This document shows, one piece after another, positions 57,242 through 64,000 of a DNA stretch of 64,000 nt. The notes under the pieces are model-generated. The model saw only the letters and a list, made by a program, of their open reading frames with translations. It did no database searches and was not told the DNA's origin. The position numbers and the translations under genes are program-made. Source of the stretch: the human T2T-CHM13v2.0 reference genome, Homo sapiens; assembly GCF_009914755.1 (NCBI RefSeq), contig NC_060925.1. One strand, given 5' to 3'. Numbering within the stretch: the first letter of the stretch is position 1; each line of letters begins with the position of its first letter.

Positions 57242-57800
57242 GTTTACTCGTCAGTTCATGTTCCTCTCCTGTGCAGCTTCTAAATATTACCGCCTCTCTC
57301 GGCTCCCAGGCACAGCCCGGCTTTCTTCAACTTGGGCTAACAAGAGTGGTCATCGCTTCCTAGCAGCCCGGGGAGCACAGGCTGGGCCAGCCCTCTGGGA
57401 TTAGTCAGGAATCTGCCTCTAGATCGGAGAGTCCACATAGTGCGTTTGAGACGGCTGTGGCGGCAGCAGCTGGTGCCTGTCAGTAATCACGCATAATGCT
57501 GCCGCCGCCGCCGCCGCCGCCGTCACCGCTACTCTTGCCACCGCCGTCGCTGCTGCTTGAGATCCTGTTGCTAGTTTGATTAACTCAGGGTTGGGCTGCT
57601 GCGTGCGACTCTTCCAGCTCCCGGCGCGTCCCCAGAGGTCCCTACCGGGTGGCACGATCTATTATCTAGGAAGCCAATCGATGTATGACCGCCCGGTGTA
57701 GGTCAGGAGAGAGGCGGGAGACGGCAGGGGATGGAAGACTCTTTAGGTGCCTGTTCCTTGACTTACATCCACAAAAATCAATGGGATTTTATTAAAATGC
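57242..57800 (-). promoter_or_regulatory. CpG-rich 5' UTR and proximal promoter of long RXRG isoform (TSS not resolved)
   Basis: Marked local CpG enrichment, (GGC)7, CCAAT at 57674, directly upstream of the start codon. Confidence 0.8.
57501..57521. repeat. (GCC)7 / (GGC)7 trinucleotide repeat in 5' UTR region
   Basis: gccgccgccgccgccgccgcc. Confidence 0.9.
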
Positions 57801-58249
57801 ATTTTCTCATTCGAACTTCTATCTGTCCAATGTACTTGGTATTTGATCTGTGAAAGGAGGAGGGGGTGGGGTTCAAGAGAGAACAGGGCCCTTTCAGAAG
57901 CACAAGATTAGAAAAGCGTGATACTCAATCTCCAGCTACGGAAAACTAAAATAGAGTAGCCCTTAAGTTGAGGTGGGCCTCTCCTGCTTGGGTGGCCGGA
58001 AGCATTTATCTGTGCTCTAACAATGGGAGTTTGACAAGTGCAGTTGGAGCCAGAGCTCACTCAGGTGGAAAACTTACAGGTAGGGAGGAGGGGTTGGCTT
58101 GATGTGGAGGTCTTTCTCTGCATTTATTTTATATACCATTGTTATCCTGCCGCCTGTTCAAAAACACCACTGGGTCCTCACTAACACAGAGCCTGTCTTG
58201 TGTGGAACTGACCCGAGATCAAAGAATCTAAGCACCCCGTTGATGTTTG

Positions 58250-59500
58250 GGTCTGTCATACAGTTTTCGTGACAAGTCACCGCTCAGCCTATACTTGAAC
58301 ACCTCCAATAATGGGGAGCTCACCACTTTCTCATTCCATTTCTAGATAGTTTTCACCACAAGAAAGTTTCTTATAGAGATAAAATCTGCTCCTTTTCCCT
58401 ACAGCTTCTGCCCACAGGTGCTAGACTGCTCCCAGGGGCCACACAAGAGAAGCCTGAAAGACAAAAAAGTCTTTCACAGTGGGATCCTCTGCAAATCCTG
58501 AGATTGATCTGCTGTGCCCATAATCCCCCTTTCCCTAGGCATCTCTGGCTCTTTCAGTAATTCTATGTATCACCAAGGGTTCATGTCTATTCCCAACCTA
58601 TCCTTTTTCTAATAATGTACTTCAGTTTACATAGATACCCTCACAGTGAGGAAGGGGGTTGGCCAGACTTGGATGCAATACTCCAGATATGGTCCAAACC
58701 TTTTCCTCATGGTATATGTGTTGGCACGGTGATGGGGTGCTGTCAACATACCCATTGAAGGTCCGTTTCATGGGCTGAGCTCTGTTGGGCTGGAAAAAAG
58801 ATAAGAGATTTTCTCCTGATGCAGCATAAGACATAGAGAGCCAGAGAGGTAAGTCAAATCAGGGTCCCAGAGTAAAAAATCAAGATTCAAATGCTAGGAG
58901 AAGCCAAAACAAAAACGTAGAATAAAAGACCAGAGTCAGGAACAAAGTCATGATGACAAAGGAGGAGGCCAAAATGGGGAATCAAAGCAAAAGCATGTCA
59001 CAAAGGAGGAAGAAATATCCAGGCCTTCACTGTAAAGAGCTTTGGAGAGCCCAGAGCTGCCTTGACTGTTGCTGGGATGAGAGTCCAGTGGACATAAGTA
59101 ATATAGAATACAGGAGGACCATTTGCTCACTTGCATTAGGTGGGCAGCTCTGCATGTTAATTCATGTAGAACTAACTCGATAAAAATCTCCCCACCCCTA
59201 CCTCCCCTAAGTTGTGTTCTCTTATGCATATTCTTCATCCCATCCTTGGGCAATTGGTTTTGGGACCTACATGAAATGCTTCCTATATTCCTCTGAAGTT
59301 AAAACTTTTTGGCTTCATTCATCATCCCAAATCTTTTAGGATCCTGCTTCTGTTGTCCAAAATATTTCTTATTCATACCCTTATTTCATGACTTCTGAAA
59401 ATCTGATGAACTGCTTTTTCATATCTTATTCGACTCATTGATAAAAATGTTGACATAGACATAGCAAAGACAACATCTTATATCACTAAAAAGTCCATTC
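58250..59500. mobile_element. Probable CR1/L3 fragments
   Basis: ttgaacacctccaataatggggagctcaccac, gatgcaatactccagatatggtc and similar ancient LINE motifs. Confidence 0.45.
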
Positions 59501-60644
59501 ATTAGTGCCTTAGACACTTTGCTCTGCTACTCACTAGTTATATGGCCTTGAAAGGCTATATGTATAGTAAAAGCACCAACTCACCAACTCACAAGCCAAC
59601 ATTGCTGGGTACAAATCCCTGTTCCGCTGCTTACAGCCTCATGATACTGGCAAATGAGTAAATCTCCCTGAGCCTCAGTTACCTTATAGGGTTACCATGA
59701 GGATTAAATGAGTCAATACATGTTAAGCACTTGAAATACGCCAGATAAATACTAAATGCTCGATACATGTAATCTAATTTGAGGCAAATGATGGGGAGGA
59801 GGAGGAGGTCAAAGAGGAAGAGGATGTAACCTTAAGCAAGTCACTTTATGGCTCCTCTCCTTTTTCTCATTTGTAAAATGATGGAGCAGAGCTACATGGG
59901 TTCCAATATCATCTTCAGCTTTAAAACTGAACGCAGACTAATGCATCACCCATTCCATAATTGTCCATTTTCTCCATAGTGGTATCTGAAGCAAGTGTCT
60001 TACAATCTACAGTTTTCTATTGTACGCATGTCAGAGAAGGAAATGAGTTACTTAAACTGTTTTTTTGTGTGTGTGTGTGAACCCATGTTTCAAGGGTTTT
60101 TCCAAGTACTCAAGTACTCAAAAACCATTCTTTAAAAATCACAGTCTACAGACTTGTCCAAGGTCATTGTCAAGATGATCTGTTGGTTAAGCCACCAACA
60201 GATAGACTCTTTCTTCACCTTTTTCTAAGTTCAGTACATTGTCTATTTCTTTTCCTCACAGAAGAAAAACCAAATCCTAACCTGGCATGGAAAAGGCTCA
60301 CCATTTGTGGGGTGTCTCGGCCTATCATGTGAGCTCTATGTAGAGGAAAGTGCTTTGGGGCAGTAATCACAAGGCTTGGGATACACACTCTCTGGGAAAA
60401 ACATCCATGCTGCCAGCCTCACTAAGGTTTCTGGATTTAGTTTTGATTTTGTGGATCAGATGTGTTGAGAGTTGGGCACGTGCTCATTTTTACACTGCGA
60501 AGTTCTATACAATGGCTTTGTAAAACAAATGCAAAGAATTAATATTTTCCTGATTTTCTTTCCTCCCTTTCTCTGAGAGTTCCTTCTGATCTGGCTGTTT
60601 TGCCCACTGTAGGGGTACGGTATGTTCATTCCAACTTCCGGTTT

Positions 60645-61045
60645 GATATAGTTTGGATGTTTTTCCTCTCCAAATCTCATGTTGAAATGTGATCCCTAAT
60701 GGTGGAGGTGGAGCCTAGTGGGAGGTATTGGATCATGGGGTGGATCCCTCATGAATGTCTTAGTGCCATCCTTTTGGTGATGCGTGAGTTCTTGCTCAGT
60801 TAGCTCTCAGGGGATCTGGTTGTTTAAGAGTTTGGGACCTCCCCCTCCACTCTCTTGACCCCTCTCTCACCATGTGACACACCAGCTCTCCCTTTGCCTT
60901 CCACCATGATTGAAAGCCTCATGGGCTTCACCAGGAGCTGAACAGACACTGACACCATGCTTTTTTTTAACAGCTTGCAGAACTGTCAGCCAATTAAACC
61001 TTTTCTCTCTATAAATTACCCAGCCTCAGGTATTTCTTTATAACA
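60645..61045 (+). mobile_element. MST (MaLR) LTR
   Basis: tgatatagtttggatg..caaatctcatgttgaaatgtgatccc...ataaattacccagcctcaggtatttctttata...ggactaaca. Confidence 0.88.
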
Positions 61046-62514
61046 ACACTAAAAGGACTAACACGTAGTTCATTGTTCATGCCCATTTACTTTTTCTCAT
61101 CACTAAAATTCTTACCTATCATTCAAGTTCCAGCTCATTTCCCACCATGAAAACACTTATCCAAAAAGATGTCTCCCTAACCTAGGTCTGATAAAACTTA
61201 TTGTCCAGTGTGTTCAGGTGACACTTAGTATGTATGGCCTTGTGGCATCCCCAGTGAAATGGCAAGGAATGGTTATTTATCTTTCCTTTGAATATGTCTT
61301 ATCTTCATAACATGATTGTTAACTCTTCAAATATAGTGATAATGTATTATGTCTCTTTGTTTTCTCACCTAAGTGCTAAAACACACAGTAGGTGCTCAAC
61401 AAATATTTCTGTATCAAAAATGCTTGACATAGTCAAATACATCAAAAACAATATACCAAACGGTACCCCAGTATGCTTTTCTTATGATACCTTCCATATG
61501 GCTTAATACCCCATAACAAACCATAAGCTCTGCCTAAAGATCAACAAATATGAATGTGGTTTTTTCTTTTTAACCCACTTTTTTTTTTTGGCACCATTGT
61601 GTCTTCCCTAAGACCATTATTGGTATAACAACGTTATCCTAAGTGGCTGGTATTTCTAACATAAGCCCTTCCCAAACAGCTCCACTGACTTCAGTCACAA
61701 CTGTGTCTCCAGCTGTTACTGAATTCTCATTAGGATGTCAAGTGAAAGACCAAATGCTCAAAGTCTACAGTAGGAATTAGCTAATTCATTCACAAGAATT
61801 CTTGGCCTACTTCTTGTCAAGGCTAGTTAACTAGTCCTCTTAAATAATATGTTCTACTTTTACTAAAGCCATTAGTGCCTTTGAATAAGTGGAAAGAGCA
61901 TGGATTTTGACTAGTATGTTTGGCTGTTTGACACAAATTCGGCCAATAATATCTAATATTCACCCTGGTAATCAAAGGATATAGCTTTACGTCTGCTCTT
62001 TTTTTCTCTTTTGACCCGTGGTGATATAAAATAGTATTTTGCAGCAAATACAAATGAAAAACCAAACTCATTCATTTGACAATGGCCAATAAACTTTAGC
62101 TATAGAATTTAGATGCAAATATCTCCATACTAATATTATGTATTAATATTTTTATATTTTTATAATACCTTACCTACATAATAGTACATTAAGTTTCCAT
62201 GTGCTATCCCCAATACTAGACTTAAATAGGGCAGGCTTTGTTACCCCAGTTTTACAAATGGGCAATTTGAGATTAAGACTATGAAATCAGAGAATGAAAG
62301 ACAGTTACTCTAACAAATTGGGTTTTGGATCTGGTCTCACAACTAGGTAGTGAAAGAAATGGGTGTAAAAGCCAGGTCCCCAACTCTGCTGTCTAGTAAA
62401 TGTGTCTTTCGTGAAATCACAATCCTTCTCTCATTAGTGATATGTTTCCTATCTATGTTTGTGTTACTGCGGATGGGGTTTCTCTATACATAGTTTTTTT
62501 TTTTTTTCTCGTTG

Positions 62515-62930
62515 CTGTTAATCACTTATTCACTTATCATTCAGCTAGCACTTACTGAGAGCTTATTATCTGACAACCAGCAGGAATATACTAAGGGGAA
62601 AGATAGATATAGTCCCTTATGCATCCCAATAGAGGAGATGAATATTAAACAAATATTCGTAGACAAATATATACCAGCATAAACCATGATAAGAACTATG
62701 AAGGAAAATAATTGGATGAGATGAAAGACTATAGCAGGGAAATCTCATTTAAATTGGGAGGTCAGAGCAGACTTCTTTGAGAAAATGGCAGTTACACTCA
62801 GATCTAAAGGCTGAGTAGGATCCAATCTGGGGAAGAAAGCAGGAGGATGAGGAGAGGGTGGACCAGAAAGAGAGAACAATAGGTCTAACAGCCCTGAGGA
62901 GGGACTGAAGTCAGTGCATCCGAGAAGCTG
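62515..62930. mobile_element. L2 fragment
   Basis: cacttactgagagcttatt..ctatgaaggaaaataa..ggtcagagcagacttctttgag..gatctaaaggctgagtagga. Confidence 0.6.
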
Positions 62931-63095
62931 GGGGGTAAGAATGTTCAGATCTCCCATGTGAGGTGGTCTGGCCATCTAACATGAGCCATCTGACACAGTC
63001 GGGCCATCTAACATGGGAGATCTGAACCATCTAACATGGGAGGTCTAACCATGGTCTGGCCATCTAACATGGGAGCTCTGAACATTCTTATCCCC
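62931..63095. repeat. Complex micro-repeat with 24-bp terminal inverted repeats and internal ccatctaacatg units
   Basis: taagaatgttcagatctcccatgt / acatgggagctctgaacattctta (1 mismatch). Confidence 0.85.
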
Positions 63096-64000
63096 TGCCC
63101 CGCCTGCAGTGAGTTCCGCTGTTTCATTGTCTCACCTATGATTTTTTGCTTGACATGCCCATGTCAACTTTGGGCTCTGTGCTGCCAGAAAACCATCCTT
63201 CCTGGCTTTGCCTCACCTTCACTTGCTGGTCAGATCAATGACTCGCCATTTTTCTATGACACTCCCCAGTAACTCACCACTCTCGTGTCTCTCAATATGT
63301 TCCTTCTTATATGATTATCATGACTGCACCTGAAAAACCCTCTTACTAGATGACTAGCAACTGAATCCAAGTCATTTTTGTAGCTCCAAAAGCCTTTAAC
63401 GCCAGAACCTAACTCATAGTAGAAACCCAGTAAATACATGATGAATGAATGAATAAAAGTTTGTTGATTATGCTGAGATATCCTGATGTCAACTCCAGGT
63501 CACTGGGCATAAGGAAATGAGTGTTCCCATTCCTATGTTCCAATAGTTTTTAACAGCCCAATTTTCATTTTCATGAGCTCCTTTTTCCTGGAAGCAGACT
63601 CCTATGTGGACAGGTTCAATGCTGGCGCTAGTGCGGTACATCAGTCTTGATGACTAAGACCCACTGACGATGGAAATGAGGCACCTAAATCAGAAAGATT
63701 GATGATTAGCTTTAAATTAGAACAGTTTCGTCTATGATCCAAAACAGGACCATTTCCAAAAGGCCTGTCCAAAAACACAAATTAAATCTAAAATGTGTCA
63801 CACACGGCTTAGGAACCAACAATAAGTTTGCATCATAGCTAATTGATCAAGTCACTGGTGAAACCAACTGACTGAGTTTGCCTTAAGGAAACGATTCCCA
63901 AATTTATCTGCAAGTTGAAATCATCCAGGAAGCTTAAAAAATTACTCATACCCATGTTCACCTCCAGAGATTATTCAATTAATGTGGGATTGTGGTCTGG

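Overview
Primate (almost certainly human) genomic DNA containing the complete retinoid X receptor gamma gene (RXRG, NR2B3) on the minus strand. Ten coding exons lie between 57241 (ATG) and 13612 (TGA). All have GT-AG junctions, and their lengths (49+248+145+180+161+130+133+92+106+148 = 1392 nt) give a 463-aa nuclear receptor with a C4 zinc-finger DBD and an LBD ending in AF-2. Around it are a CpG-rich first exon/promoter near 57.2-57.8 kb, a candidate internal promoter and first exon near 37.1-37.45 kb for the short (Met124) isoform, and two tandem AATAAA signals. The rest is intronic or intergenic DNA rich in Alu, MIR, L2, L1, MaLR/ERVL LTRs and DNA-transposon fossils. Repeat family names are by-eye recognition with approximate boundaries. 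Nearly all other ORFs in the track are non-coding noise. I see no new protein-coding system. The best unexplained structures are (i) a ~200-nt hairpin starting 30 nt after the zinc-finger exon 4 donor, (ii) a ~350-bp, ~95%-identical inverted duplication with a foldback at one breakpoint, bracketing an enhancer-like 1.8 kb in intron 1, (iii) a cluster of uORFs including an in-frame AUG-AAC-UGA just before the start codon, and (iv) a Pumilio element between the two poly(A) signals.
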